A DNA stretch of 60,942 nucleotides from NCBI GenBank assembly GCA_048938895.1, contig JBHLLU010000023.1:2147-63088 (forward strand), read 5' to 3'. The notes below the pieces were generated by a model. That model saw only the letters and a list, made by a program, of their open reading frames with translations, was not told where the DNA came from and did no database searches. Source of the stretch: Promethearchaeota archaeon (GTDB lineage: Archaea > Asgardarchaeota > Lokiarchaeia > Sigyniarchaeales > SOKP01). Made by a program: the position numbers and the translations under genes. Shown piece by piece: positions 9,017-19,692 of this stretch. The number at the start of each line of letters is the position of its first letter. Position 1 is the stretch's first letter.

Positions 9017-9037
9017 TAATTGTAAAAGGTTCTTAAA

Positions 9038-9199
9038 ATGGCTCGTAATAAGGATTTACCATCAAAACTACGTAGAGCAAAAAAATTGAAGCAGAATAAA
9101 TCTGTTCCTAATTGGGTAATTCAGAAAACTGGAGGAAAAGTTAGAACTAGTCCATATTCGCGGAGATCATGGAGAAATACACGATTAAAAAGAGATTAA
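9038..9199 (+). CDS. rpl39e: Ribosomal protein eL39 (53 aa, missing from the ORF track)
   Basis: [53 protein letters not shown]; syntenic position. Confidence 0.95.
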   Translation: MARNKDLPSKLRRAKKLKQNKSVPNWVIQKTGGKVRTSPYSRRSWRNTRLKRD

Positions 9200-9227
9200 A
9201 ATTTAAAAATATAAGATTTGAAAGAAA

Positions 9228-9677
9228 ATGGCAAAAAAGGAAAAAGAAATTAGTTTAGATGATTTGGAAGAGGAATTAACAGATACAGAAGAGGAATTAG
9301 AGGAAGAAGAAATAGAAGAGATTGAAGAATTTGATTTAGAGGAAATATCAGAAGAAGATGAAGTAAGTGAAATTTTTGAAGAAGAAATAGAAGAATTTGA
9401 GGAAGAAGAAGCACCGAAAGAAGAAGAAATTATTGATGAAAGGATTTATATTATTCCCCTAGCAAAGGCAAGAAAAGGACCAAGAAATAAATGGGCTAAA
9501 AAATCAATTTATTTTCTAAGAGAATTTATGGACCGTCATTTTAAACCTGAATCTTTGGTTATTTCTCAGGAGGTTAACGAAAAAATTTGGGAGAGAGGAA
9601 TTCAAAAACCTCCACGAAAATTAAAAGTTAGAGTTACCAAAAACATTGATGGTTTATGTGTTGTATATCTCGCATAA
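9228..9677 (+). CDS. rpl31e: Ribosomal protein eL31 with a long acidic N-terminal extension
   Basis: ERIYIIPL, VNEKIWERGIQKPPRKLKVRV. Confidence 0.95.
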   Translation: MAKKEKEISLDDLEEELTDTEEELEEEEIEEIEEFDLEEISEEDEVSEIFEEEIEEFEEEEAPKEEEIIDERIYIIPLAKARKGPRNKWAKKSIYFLREFMDRHFKPESLVISQEVNEKIWERGIQKPPRKLKVRVTKNIDGLCVVYLA

Positions 9678-9762
9678 TTTCTTTAAATTATTGACTTTAA
9701 GTATTTTTTCTTGTTTTAAACCCAAATTTTTTGATGAACGAAAAAATTTAGCAATGTAAAGG

Positions 9763-10443
9763 ATGACAATATTAAGATCGCAAATTTTTGGCCGAAGTTT
9801 AATTGGAGTATATCTTAATGCTAATAATTCATACGTACTTTATCCCCCTAAATTATTAAAACCACCATTAAAGAAGTTTACAAATACATTTTCAGAGCCT
9901 TTTTATCCGTTAACAATTAATAATTCCAGTTTGTTAGGTGTCTATATAGCTTCAAACAAGTATGGTATAATAGTTCCCCATATTATAAAGGACGATGAAT
10001 TAGAAAAACTAAAAAAACTTTTAGATGAAGGTAATTTTTCTTCTCAAATTTGCGTACTTAAATCGATCGATAATGCATTTGGGAATTTAATTCTATGCAA
10101 TGATAGAGGTGCCATTATTAGTTCTTTTTTAAGTGATTACAGAGAGGATATAGAAAATACCTTGAATGTGGAGACTGTAGTATATGAATTTGCCAATAAT
10201 TATCTCCCTGGTTCTATCTCATTAGTTAATAATCATGGTTGTGTAGTTCATCCTCTTTCAAAAGATGATGAAATCGAATATATCACATCTATTTTGAAGG
10301 TTGATGAAGTTGATGTTTCTACAGTTAATCGTGGTATACCTTATTTGGGATCTGGCGCAATTGTAAATGATAATAGTGGAATCTTTGGCAATGATTCCAC
10401 TGGACCAGAACTCCAGAGGATTACTAGTGTATTACAATTGTAG
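9763..10443 (+). CDS. eif6: Translation initiation factor 6 (aIF6)
   Basis: GNLILCND, STVNRG.PYLGSG..VND, STGPEL. Confidence 0.95.
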   Translation: MTILRSQIFGRSLIGVYLNANNSYVLYPPKLLKPPLKKFTNTFSEPFYPLTINNSSLLGVYIASNKYGIIVPHIIKDDELEKLKKLLDEGNFSSQICVLKSIDNAFGNLILCNDRGAIISSFLSDYREDIENTLNVETVVYEFANNYLPGSISLVNNHGCVVHPLSKDDEIEYITSILKVDEVDVSTVNRGIPYLGSGAIVNDNSGIFGNDSTGPELQRITSVLQL

Positions 10444-10585
10444 ACAATTAAAGCTTTAAGCTAGTGGGAATAATTAGTGTTTTAAAATTGTAAATAAATA
10501 ATAGGTCTTACTAAAAACCAAAATTTAATATTTTTTGAAATATTATCCTTTTTTAAAAGCTTTGATTCAATGGATCTAAAAGGCA

Positions 10586-10813
10586 ATGTCAGAGATTAAA
10601 ATTTATAGAATAATTGGCAATTACGTAAAAAAACACAAGAAGTACTTATTCCGTAAAGAAGTTCGGGCTTTAAAAGAGGAAGATGCTCTTGAAACAGTTT
10701 TAAGCCAAATTACATCTATTGGAATTTTAAGACGTCAAATTAATATTCAAGAAGTTAAGGAAATTACATTTGAAGAATCTCAAGACTACCTCATTAGGGA
10801 ATTATCAGGATAG
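10586..10813 (+). CDS. rpl18a: Ribosomal protein eL20 (LX/L18ae)
   Basis: KIYRIIG, FRKEVRALKEEDALE, RRQINI; position between eif6 and pfdA. Confidence 0.85.
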   Translation: MSEIKIYRIIGNYVKKHKKYLFRKEVRALKEEDALETVLSQITSIGILRRQINIQEVKEITFEESQDYLIRELSG

Positions 10814-10841
10814 TAAAAAAGTTATAAGGATTTGATAAATT

Positions 10842-11258
10842 TTGGAATCTACTCAAGAATATCAAGAACAATTACAAATATTTAGAGTATTAAAAGAACA
10901 AAGAGATTTCTACCAAGGACAATTAGAAATACTTGATGTGTCTCGAGCAAATATTGTGAATACAAAATTAACTATTGAGAACATTAAGGAAGGAGTAAAA
11001 GTAAACGACGAGATTTTAGTACCGATTGGAGGAATGGCAAATATAAAGGCCTCAATTAAAGATCCTGAGAAGATTTTGCTTGCAGTAACTCAAGACGTTA
11101 TAATTGAAAAAGATTTGGATGGAGCTATTGAACTTCTTGATAAAAGAATTAAACAACATGATAAAGAAATTCAATTTGTAGGAACTCAATTGCATAGCAT
11201 TGATCGTAATTTGCAAAAAACAACTCAACTCATTCAAAGAAGTTATCTTCAAAAATAG
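10842..11258 (+). CDS. pfdA: Prefoldin alpha subunit
   Basis: EILVPIGG, IIEKDLDGAI, flanking coiled coils; synteny. Confidence 0.9.
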   Translation: MESTQEYQEQLQIFRVLKEQRDFYQGQLEILDVSRANIVNTKLTIENIKEGVKVNDEILVPIGGMANIKASIKDPEKILLAVTQDVIIEKDLDGAIELLDKRIKQHDKEIQFVGTQLHSIDRNLQKTTQLIQRSYLQK

Positions 11259-11311
11259 GACTAAGTATTATTATAAGTCTATTGATAATGCTAATTTTTG
11301 TGGAGATATAA

Positions 11312-12223
11312 ATGTTAGAGAAATTAAAAAATGTATTTTCAACTTTTATAAAGAAAACTTTAACTATTGATAAGATCGATGATGCTATAGATAATTTAAG
11401 AATACTTCTCATCAGTAATGATGTAGCTATCGATACTGCTGATGCCATCTGTAATAATATTATCGAATCGTTCAAAGGACAACAGATTAATAGACTAACA
11501 TCAATTAAAAAATCATTATTTGATACTTTGAAAGAAACTATCATAAAAATATTGACACCTGAAAGGGAAATTGATTTAATTAAAGAAATAAAAACAAAGA
11601 ACTCGCGTGGTTTACCATTTGTAATAGTATTTTTTGGGATAAATGGAACTGGAAAAACTACAACAATTGCTAAAATAGCTAAATTTTTAAAAGAAAATAG
11701 TATCAGTTCTGTGGCAGCAGCTTCAGATACATTTCGAGCAGGAGCCATAGAACAACTATCTAAGCATATGAACAATGTTGGTATAAAAGTTATAAAACAT
11801 GGATATAAATCTGATCCTGCTTCAGTTGCTTATGATGCTATTGAACATGCTAAAGCTAAAAAAATCGATGTCGTTTTAATAGATACCTCTGGAAGACAAA
11901 CAACAAACAAAAATTTAATGCTTGAAATGGAAAAAATTTGTAGAATTACAAAACCAGATCTCAAAATTTTCATTGGAGACAGTCTTGCAGGGAATGATGT
12001 TTTATATCAAGCTAGAGAATTTGATAAACAAGTTGGTATCGATGCAAATATATTAACTAAACTAGATGCTGATGCTAAAGGTGGTGCTGCGCTGTCTATT
12101 GCTTATGAAACAAAAAAACCAATTCTAGCTGTTGGATCAGGTCAGTCTTATGAAGACTTAGAAGCTTTTAATAGAGAGTGGTTTATATCAAATATACTCG
12201 AAATTAATTGGAAAGAAGATTAG
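11312..12223 (+). CDS. ftsY: SRP receptor FtsY
   Basis: GINGTGKTTTIAK, DTFRAGA, DTSGR, TKLDADAKGG. Confidence 0.95.
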   Translation: MLEKLKNVFSTFIKKTLTIDKIDDAIDNLRILLISNDVAIDTADAICNNIIESFKGQQINRLTSIKKSLFDTLKETIIKILTPEREIDLIKEIKTKNSRGLPFVIVFFGINGTGKTTTIAKIAKFLKENSISSVAAASDTFRAGAIEQLSKHMNNVGIKVIKHGYKSDPASVAYDAIEHAKAKKIDVVLIDTSGRQTTNKNLMLEMEKICRITKPDLKIFIGDSLAGNDVLYQAREFDKQVGIDANILTKLDADAKGGAALSIAYETKKPILAVGSGQSYEDLEAFNREWFISNILEINWKED

Positions 12224-12272
12224 AAACAAATATAGTAGATAAGTTAAAAAAGCTTTTTTCCTTTTTTTTAAT

Positions 12273-12515
12273 GTGTCAAATTACCCAAAATATGAAAAGT
12301 ATTCTAAGGTAGATCAGAAGAAGAAACCTGGAATTTATGAAAGATTATCTCTTTTCTATCAAAATTCGAAAAGAATTTTAAAAATTGCTAACAAACCAAG
12401 TAAAAAAGATTATTTTTTGGTCTTTAAAATTTGTGGAATCGGTATCCTAGTTTTAGGAGCTATTTCATTTGTGATACAGCTTATATTCTCAGTAACATTA
12501 CCTCTTAATCCTTAA
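12273..12515 (+). CDS. secE: Protein translocase subunit SecE/Sec61-gamma
   Basis: RILKIANKPSKKDY followed by a single TM helix; follows ftsY. Confidence 0.85.
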   Translation: MSNYPKYEKYSKVDQKKKPGIYERLSLFYQNSKRILKIANKPSKKDYFLVFKICGIGILVLGAISFVIQLIFSVTLPLNP

Positions 12516-12547
12516 AACTAAAATTAAAAAAAAGATATGTATAACTC

Positions 12548-13769
12548 TTAATAATAATAGACAACTAAATTTTCAGGAATCGATAATTCTTCTTCTTTGT
12601 TTTTACATGCAATAAACTTTATTTTCATGTTTAAAGTAAGTGATAGAAGTCTTTTCGTTAGAATTCCATCAATAATTAAGTATTGTGTATCCTTAAAAGC
12701 TCTAATTTTTTCAAAAATTTCATTTACAGGCATTTCGAATAATTTTTCAAGACTTTTAGTAAAACCAATACTATATCCAGATTGAATATTATTTATGGCT
12801 TCGATAATTACTGATTCGTCTTTGATTTTTGCTTTCTTTAGGTATTTTTGAAGTGTGGTTTCTTTAGTATCCAATTTTTTTCCTTTTGAACTCTCTGGTT
12901 TTATATCTTTTAAATCTTTTAGACTTCTTTTATTTTGTAGAGCCTTGATCATTTGCTTTCTTGTTAATTCTTCAACCTCATACCCATCAGGAGCCCTTGC
13001 AACAAAGTCTAGTTTTATAAGCTGCATTAATTCATTTAAAATAATGGTACCCCCACGATCACCATCAAGAAAACACGTCACAGTCTTTTTCTTTTTCGTT
13101 AAATTAATAACTGATTTGGGGATTTGAGTACCTTGAACTGCAATTGAGTTTTTAATACCAATTCGCAGTAAATTTAAAACATCAGCTCGTCCTTCTACAA
13201 TAATGAGATCGGGATTCTTCTCTACTTCTGGACCTGCAGGTAGATTACCAGGCCCCCAAGATATGATTTCTCCAAGTTTTATATCCTTATCTATCTTTTC
13301 TTCAATTTCACTCTGTTCTAATGATTTCTGATCCCATTGCTTTAGAAGTTCAGCAGCTCTTTCTATAATTTTCTTACGTTTTGTTTCACGCACATCTCGA
13401 ATTTCGATGAGAGAAATTTCTGCTTCGCATGGACCAACTCGGGAAACAGTTTCAACAGTCGCCGCCAATAGTGCGGTCTCCTTTCGTGTTAGAGAGGAAG
13501 GAATTTTGATAATCCCTTCTGAAATACCCTCTTTAGAAATATTTTCTACTTCAATCCTTCCAATTCGTCCAGATTTTTGTAGATCTCTCAAATCCAAATC
13601 TAAAAGAAGACCTTCAGTATAGCCGATTTGCCGAAAAGGCTATTGAATTCTATCTTTGGCCGAAAATGGCGCCGACTATGTCGCTTTTTTCAACTACACC
13701 CTTAATTGTGAATTTAACTTCTATAATATATTTAGTTGTGAACTCATTTTGATCTGTAATCTTGATCAC
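12548..13769 (-). CDS. dnaG: Archaeal DnaG (exosome-associated TOPRIM protein), spliced: exon 1 13769-13656, exon 2 13618-12548, 394 aa
   Basis: Exon 1 (GTG, after AGGAAG) MIKITDQNEFTTKYIIEVKFTIKGVVEKSDIVGAIFGQ joins TEGLLLDLDLRDLQKSGRIGRIEV; TOPRIM IIVEGRADV and DGDRGG. The ORF track shows only the exon-2 part. Confidence 0.9.
13619..13655 (-). other. 37-nt BHB/BHL-type intron in dnaG mRNA
   Basis: AGATAGAATTCAATAGCCTTTTCGGCAAATCGGCTAT; central helix GGCC/GGCT, 5' bulge AAA, intron helix GAT/ATC, exon helix ATTTTC/GAAGGT; contains in-frame TAG. Confidence 0.85.
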
Positions 13770-14047
13770 TTCCTTTCTGTTAATTAAATAAATTTCTAAT
13801 ATAAACTCAAATTTTATTTTATCTTAGGATTTAAATAATAGCTTGAATAATTTTGATTTTTATGAATCTATTTCTATATGAACTTTTTTTCTGTGATTAT
13901 AAACTTATAAGCATCATAATTGATGATTATAATTAATTTAATTAAATCAAGAATATATTTTTTGTCAATTTTTAAATTGATTGATTAGTTTTTTATGTCA
14001 TATTTGTTTTTGTAATATAATTCGAAAAAAGTATGATTTAATGCCAA

Positions 14048-15064
14048 ATGGAAAAAATTATTGTATTAGGAGGAAAAGGAGGAGTTGGTAAAAGCACCAT
14101 TAGTGCCGCTACTGCTGTAACTTTATCAGATCTCCTTCCAGATAAAAAAATATTACTAATATCTTTTGATATGGCACATAATCTTTCAGATTTATTTAAT
14201 TCTGAAATAGGAAATAAATTAACACCTTTAACAGAAAATCTCTGGGCAATCGAGCCTGATCCTAATATAAATGCAAAAAAATACACAGATAATCTAATAA
14301 TTAAGATGAAATCATTAATGAAGGAAATGCCTATTATTGGTTTGATTCCCCAATTAGATACTTTTATAGATACAACTTTTACTGCGGATTCCATCCCTCT
14401 GGCACTTAAGAACGCGATGTTTTTTCAGGAAATTCTGGATGCAGAAAATGAGCAATCTATGCAATTTGATATAATTATTGCTGATTTTCCCCCCACTGGA
14501 AATATGGTAGCCTTATTCGAGATTCCTGAGGATCAAGTTAAGGTTGTATTGAAATATTCCCTGAATTTTTACAATTCTATTAAGGAGGCGGTTAGAGAAT
14601 TCTCTAAATTGTTTCGTAAATTAATTAAACCATTTAATGATTCTAAGAAACGAAAAGAACTGGGAAAGGAGATCTTTCAAATGTTAGAAGAACTAGAAAA
14701 ACGAGGTGAGAGAATAACAGAATTAATTCATACGATCGGGTCTTTGAGACTTGTTACCATAGCGGAAAAACCAAGTTTTGAAGAAATAAAAAGAGCACGG
14801 GATTTAACAAAGAAATATATTAAACTTGATGGCATTCACATTAACTTGATAACTCCTCAATCCAAGAAATGTGATTTTTGCAATAATATCCGGTCAATTC
14901 AGCTTAGTTATGTCGAAGAAATAAAAAAGGAATTTGAAAATTTAAAGATCTGGGAATCAAATAGATTAGAACAAGAACCATTTGGAGTAAATGGATTAAA
15001 AAATTTAGCTTATGAAATTTATGGAAATTCTACTCCTGAAGAAATATTAAAACCAAATATGTAA
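14048..15064 (+). CDS. ArsA/Get3-family ATPase
   Basis: GGKGGVGKST, SFDMAHNLSD, DFPPTG, CDFC motif. Confidence 0.85.
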   Translation: MEKIIVLGGKGGVGKSTISAATAVTLSDLLPDKKILLISFDMAHNLSDLFNSEIGNKLTPLTENLWAIEPDPNINAKKYTDNLIIKMKSLMKEMPIIGLIPQLDTFIDTTFTADSIPLALKNAMFFQEILDAENEQSMQFDIIIADFPPTGNMVALFEIPEDQVKVVLKYSLNFYNSIKEAVREFSKLFRKLIKPFNDSKKRKELGKEIFQMLEELEKRGERITELIHTIGSLRLVTIAEKPSFEEIKRARDLTKKYIKLDGIHINLITPQSKKCDFCNNIRSIQLSYVEEIKKEFENLKIWESNRLEQEPFGVNGLKNLAYEIYGNSTPEEILKPNM

Positions 15065-15102
15065 ATAATAAAAAAATTTTAAGTTTTAAAATACAACAAT
15101 AT

Positions 15103-16371
15103 TTAGGTTCCTTCTTCATAACCATGGATGTAATTATATTGTTCCTTTGTTAAAGTATCAATCTCAACACCCATGGATTTAAGCTTTAAAAAACCAACTT
15201 TATCATCTATGTCAGTGGGAACTTCAATTATTCCCGGTTTCAAAGAGTTCTTATTTCTGACTATGAACTCAGACATCAGGGATTGAAGAGCAAAAGACAT
15301 ATCCATAACCTCACTCGGGTGCCCCTCAGATAAAACAAGGTTGGCTAATCTCCCTTTAGCAAGTAGATAGACTCTTTTGCCATTAGGAAGGATCAGTTCT
15401 TCAACATTAGAACGAATAGGATTTATCTCCTTTGAGTATTCGTATAATTCTTTTGTTGGAATTTCAATGTCAAAATGCCCAAGATTGCCTAAAATGACTC
15501 CATCCTTTAAACTATTGAACATCACTTTCGTTGGGGCAATTACGTGTTTGCACCCTGTAGCTGTCAGAATTATATCTGCATTTGGTAATGTTTCAGCAAT
15601 CGGCATTACATTAAAACCCGCGAATTTAGCCTGAAGTGCTTTTATTGGATCTACTTCGGTTATAGTAACATAAGCACCTAGTCCACGTGCTCTTAGTGCC
15701 ATCCCACTACTACAATGCCCATAACCTGCAATGACAACATTTTTTCCTGCAAAAAGAACATGCATTCCATAAATTGCGGATACAATGCCTTGTCCTGTGC
15801 CTAATTCGTTATCAAATTGATTTTTACATCTAGCATCATTGACGGGGAATAAAGGTACTTTCAAAACTCCTTTTTTCTCCATTGCTCTAAATCTCTTGAC
15901 ACCTGTGGTGGTTTCTTCTTGACATGCAATAATAGTACCTGATTTTATTAGAACTTCAAATTCTTGATGAGCTGTAACTATCATATCAGCCCCATCATCA
16001 ATTAGAATATTTGGGTTAGCTTTTAGGCATTGTCTTATGCACCAATAAAATTCTTCATCTGTATTACCATGCCAAGCGAATACATTGATCCCTTCTTGCA
16101 CTAATGCTGCAGCTACATCATCTTGAGTTGATAATGGATTACTACCGCATAGATATACTTCTGCTCCTCCTGCTTTAAGAGTTCTAGCTAAAATCCCTGT
16201 TTCTTTTGTTATGTGTAAACATCCAGCAATAGTTATACCTGTTAATGGCTTTTCTTTTTTAAATCTTTCACGAATAGTTTTAGCTGTTACAGGCATTTTA
16301 CTTTCAGCTAAGTATAATGCTTTTTTTCCTTTCTCTGCTAAACTCTCATCTGCTACTTTATGATTTACCAT
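15103..16371 (-). CDS. ahcY: S-adenosyl/inosyl-homocysteine hydrolase
   Basis: CLHITKET, SNPLSTQDD, EETTTG, FDN, GHPSEVMDMSFA. Confidence 0.95.
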   Translation of the reverse strand: MVNHKVADESLAEKGKKALYLAESKMPVTAKTIRERFKKEKPLTGITIAGCLHITKETGILARTLKAGGAEVYLCGSNPLSTQDDVAAALVQEGINVFAWHGNTDEEFYWCIRQCLKANPNILIDDGADMIVTAHQEFEVLIKSGTIIACQEETTTGVKRFRAMEKKGVLKVPLFPVNDARCKNQFDNELGTGQGIVSAIYGMHVLFAGKNVVIAGYGHCSSGMALRARGLGAYVTITEVDPIKALQAKFAGFNVMPIAETLPNADIILTATGCKHVIAPTKVMFNSLKDGVILGNLGHFDIEIPTKELYEYSKEINPIRSNVEELILPNGKRVYLLAKGRLANLVLSEGHPSEVMDMSFALQSLMSEFIVRNKNSLKPGIIEVPTDIDDKVGFLKLKSMGVEIDTLTKEQYNYIHGYEEGT

Positions 16372-16508
16372 TTAATTTCACTTTTTAATTTATATTAATA
16401 ATAATTTTAATTAACTAATAAAATTATTTTTGGTCAAAAGCTATAATTTTTATTAAAAAGCCAACATATAATTAATATTGATGGGAAAAACTAAAAAAGT
16501 GTTATTAT

Positions 16509-17480
16509 ATGAGTACTAACAAAAATCAGTTAGAATCACAAGATCTTATAAAAAATTTAATAGGAAGCACCAAATTTAACATTTCAAAACATTCGCGTAG
16601 TATTGGAGTCTCTAGACAAACATATCAAAACAAACTTGATGGTCTGAGAAAAAAAAAAATAATTAGCAATTTTACAATAAACATTAATCCAAATATTTTA
16701 CCCAATAATCTAAAATATGTAATGATTGAAATTAAAACCAACCCAAAAGAACCTGTATTGGTAAATAAGTTATTGAAAATCCCCCAATTAAGAATGTTGG
16801 ATGGGATTATTGGAGAATTTTCTTTATTTGCTTTATTCATCTTTAAATCCCCCCAAGAATATTATAATATTTTGAATACAATCGATAGAATAATGTCAAA
16901 ATCATATTTTAAGAAATATCAAATTATCGAAACTATCAAAGTGTTTAAAACAAATGGCATTAGTTTGGATAAGTTTAACAGTGAAAACATTAGTTTGAAC
17001 ATCGAATTAGATGATATTGATTTTAATATCTTAACTATATTAAGAGATGGTCAAGGACTTAAACCAATATCTACGTATGAAATTAGAGAATTTTTCAATG
17101 AAAAACTTGATATAGAATTATCACAATCTACTATTCATAATAGAATTAAAAGATTAGAAAAGAATGGTGTGATTTTGAATTATGCCGTTAATTTTTCTCC
17201 ACCTAAGATTGGATTTAAGGGAAAGTACTTACTTCGGATTAAGCCAAAAGATCCTTCAAAATATAGAGATATCGCTCTTAAGTTGGAAAAAAGTAGAAAC
17301 ATTACTGATTTATTTAGAATAGGGGAACAATATGGTCTATTTGCTATAGTTAGAGTAAAAGAAATTGAAGATTATGCCAAATTTATTAGAGATTTATATA
17401 GTTCCGTAGAAATAGAAGATACTTATACAAATTTTGTATTAGATGAGTTAATTGTTTTTACAAATTTTATAATTTCTTAA
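16509..17480 (+). CDS. Tandem (double) Lrp/AsnC transcriptional regulator
   Basis: Two HTH+RAM units (GVSRQTYQNKL; LSQSTIHNRIKRLEKNGVI). Confidence 0.8.
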   Translation: MSTNKNQLESQDLIKNLIGSTKFNISKHSRSIGVSRQTYQNKLDGLRKKKIISNFTININPNILPNNLKYVMIEIKTNPKEPVLVNKLLKIPQLRMLDGIIGEFSLFALFIFKSPQEYYNILNTIDRIMSKSYFKKYQIIETIKVFKTNGISLDKFNSENISLNIELDDIDFNILTILRDGQGLKPISTYEIREFFNEKLDIELSQSTIHNRIKRLEKNGVILNYAVNFSPPKIGFKGKYLLRIKPKDPSKYRDIALKLEKSRNITDLFRIGEQYGLFAIVRVKEIEDYAKFIRDLYSSVEIEDTYTNFVLDELIVFTNFIIS

Positions 17481-17598
17481 CAAGAATACATTTCCTTTTT
17501 GGATCTATACAAATCAGATTTTACTAAATAATTAATAATTTTGGGTTATTAGAGAACTTAAGATGATCAAAAATAATCCATTGAATTAATCTCTCTTA

Positions 17599-19692
17599 TT
17601 GAAAAGAATGAGCAATTTTTTTGAGCTTTTAGAAAATAGAATTGGTTTTTCAAGAATAGGACGGATGAATTTATCAAAAGATAAAAAATTCTTTATCAGA
17701 ACTCCGAATGTTATTATTCCAATCAAAAATGTATTAATGAAACAATTTAATTTTATACAAGAATTTGAAGATCATGATTTATTCATTATATCTAAAGAGA
17801 TTTTTCTTAAAATTGGCTTTTTAAGAGAAAAATTTAGGGATACTGGTTTTATTTTTCATCATCCAGGTACATTGGAAAAATTTGAAAGTATCCTTTTAAA
17901 GAATTTAGATATTTTTTCAGAGGATAATGTTCTATCAATCATACCATTCAATATACCTACTACTGCTATGGGGCGAGAATTTGCAAAGAGAGAAATAGAA
18001 TCTTATATTAGTAATGCAGCAAAGATATTGGAAACTCATCGTAGTATTAACTTTGGTTTAACAATTAGACTCTTCGATTATTCAGAATTATTAGACTTAT
18101 ATTTACCAATTATAAAAGCAAATGAAAATATAAGAGTTTTAAATCTACATGGAATTTTTGATAACTTTAACAATTTTAGGAATATTGTCAACATAATTTT
18201 AAATTTAAAAAGCAAATTGGACAATAATCTTGTTTTAATGGCTTCTGGGAGAATTCTTCCAAAATTTTACCCGATTCTGGTGTATTTAGGAGTAGATTTA
18301 ATTGATTCTACATTTTTATTATATTTATCAGCAGAAAGTTTCTATGATACAATTGAATATTTATTGCCAATTTATAAAGTTAAATACTTCCCCTGTTCTT
18401 GCGTTGCATGTAAAGGAAATTTAAAAAATTTGTGTGATGTTAAACATTCCATAGATAAAATAGATTTACTTTGTTTACATAATCTAATTTCCGCTAATAA
18501 TTATATGATGAAGGTAAAACAATATCTTCGATTTGAGGATTACCGTGCATTTGTTGAGAAATCGTCTTTAGATGATACAAATATAATATCAACATTGAAA
18601 ATCTTAGATAGAGATTATTTCGATTTTGTAAGATATGATACACCAATTACTCAAAAGGATAAGAAAATAAAATGTTTAGGCCCTTCATCTTATGATCGTC
18701 CTGATTTTAGAGAATTTAGGGAGAGAACTGTGAATATATTTAAGCCAGAAGAATGGACCACTTTAATCATTCTACTTCCATGTTCTGCAAAAAAGCCCTA
18801 CTCTACTTCGAAATCACATAAATTATTTCACAACTCAATAAGAAAATTTCCAGAGTTTCCAAATTTTCAAGAAATAATTATTACTTCTCCTCTTGGAGCT
18901 ATTCCAAGGCAGCTAGAAAATCTATATCCAGTAAATTCATATGATATCTCTGTTACTGGAAATTGGGATGAGGAGGAGAAAAAAATTACCTCGAAGATGC
19001 TATTAGATCTTTTAAATAAGTATGATAAATCAATTCCAATTATTTCTCATCTTGAAGGAGAGTCGCTTGATATAGCAAAAAAGATTACATCTAGTTTAAC
19101 AAATAATTTCTTTATCTCAGTTGTTAATGAAAATCCAACTTCAAATGAATCCCTTACCATGCTTGAAAAATTAATACAAGAACATAAAAATGATTATAAA
19201 CCTAAGAAATGTTTATCAAAGGACAATTATTTATCAAAATCTTGGATTCGTAAATTAATTTATATATTAGATTATCAATTCGGAACTGGTTCAGGAATTA
19301 AGATAATTAAAAATGATTTAAAGTTAAAAAAAGCTAAAGCCAACCAACAAATTAATTTAATAGATATAAATACAAAGGAAAATCTAGGTTCGTTTATAAC
19401 CTCAACGGGTCAGATTAGTTTGAGCATTACCGGAATGAATCGTCTAGATCAAATACCATTTTCAATAGATTCAAATTTGATAGTATTTGATGGAAAAAGC
19501 ATTCGAGGGAATAATTTATTTCGAGCAGGTATTTTAGGTTATAGCTTGAATTTAATCCCAGAAAGTTATGTTAGAATTATTGATAAAGATAGAATTAATA
19601 TAATTGGGGTTGGAAAACTAATCGTTGGAACAAATTTTATAAAAAATTCTAAAACTGGAAGAATTGTTGAAATATATGAAAAAAAAAAATAG
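17599..19692 (+). CDS. arcS: Archaeosine synthase subunit alpha (TgtA2)
   Basis: TGT-like N-terminus, CSCVAC...H, LLPCSAKKPYSTSKSH, TSPLGAIPRQLE..YP...YDI.VTG.W, C-terminal PUA-like region. Confidence 0.85.
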   Translation: MKRMSNFFELLENRIGFSRIGRMNLSKDKKFFIRTPNVIIPIKNVLMKQFNFIQEFEDHDLFIISKEIFLKIGFLREKFRDTGFIFHHPGTLEKFESILLKNLDIFSEDNVLSIIPFNIPTTAMGREFAKREIESYISNAAKILETHRSINFGLTIRLFDYSELLDLYLPIIKANENIRVLNLHGIFDNFNNFRNIVNIILNLKSKLDNNLVLMASGRILPKFYPILVYLGVDLIDSTFLLYLSAESFYDTIEYLLPIYKVKYFPCSCVACKGNLKNLCDVKHSIDKIDLLCLHNLISANNYMMKVKQYLRFEDYRAFVEKSSLDDTNIISTLKILDRDYFDFVRYDTPITQKDKKIKCLGPSSYDRPDFREFRERTVNIFKPEEWTTLIILLPCSAKKPYSTSKSHKLFHNSIRKFPEFPNFQEIIITSPLGAIPRQLENLYPVNSYDISVTGNWDEEEKKITSKMLLDLLNKYDKSIPIISHLEGESLDIAKKITSSLTNNFFISVVNENPTSNESLTMLEKLIQEHKNDYKPKKCLSKDNYLSKSWIRKLIYILDYQFGTGSGIKIIKNDLKLKKAKANQQINLIDINTKENLGSFITSTGQISLSITGMNRLDQIPFSIDSNLIVFDGKSIRGNNLFRAGILGYSLNLIPESYVRIIDKDRINIIGVGKLIVGTNFIKNSKTGRIVEIYEKKK

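Noticed and set aside
13622-13661. Ribosomal bypass (GGC take-off to GGC landing, 37 nt) as the explanation for the dnaG gap
   Set aside because: Arithmetically possible, but it would replace the conserved Gln with Tyr and the stop is not adjacent to the take-off codon; BHB splicing restores the exact motif and also explains fprA
12548-13769. dnaG (and likewise fprA) as frameshifted pseudogenes
   Set aside because: Both genes are otherwise intact, and the insert boundaries coincide with the predicted BHB cut sites
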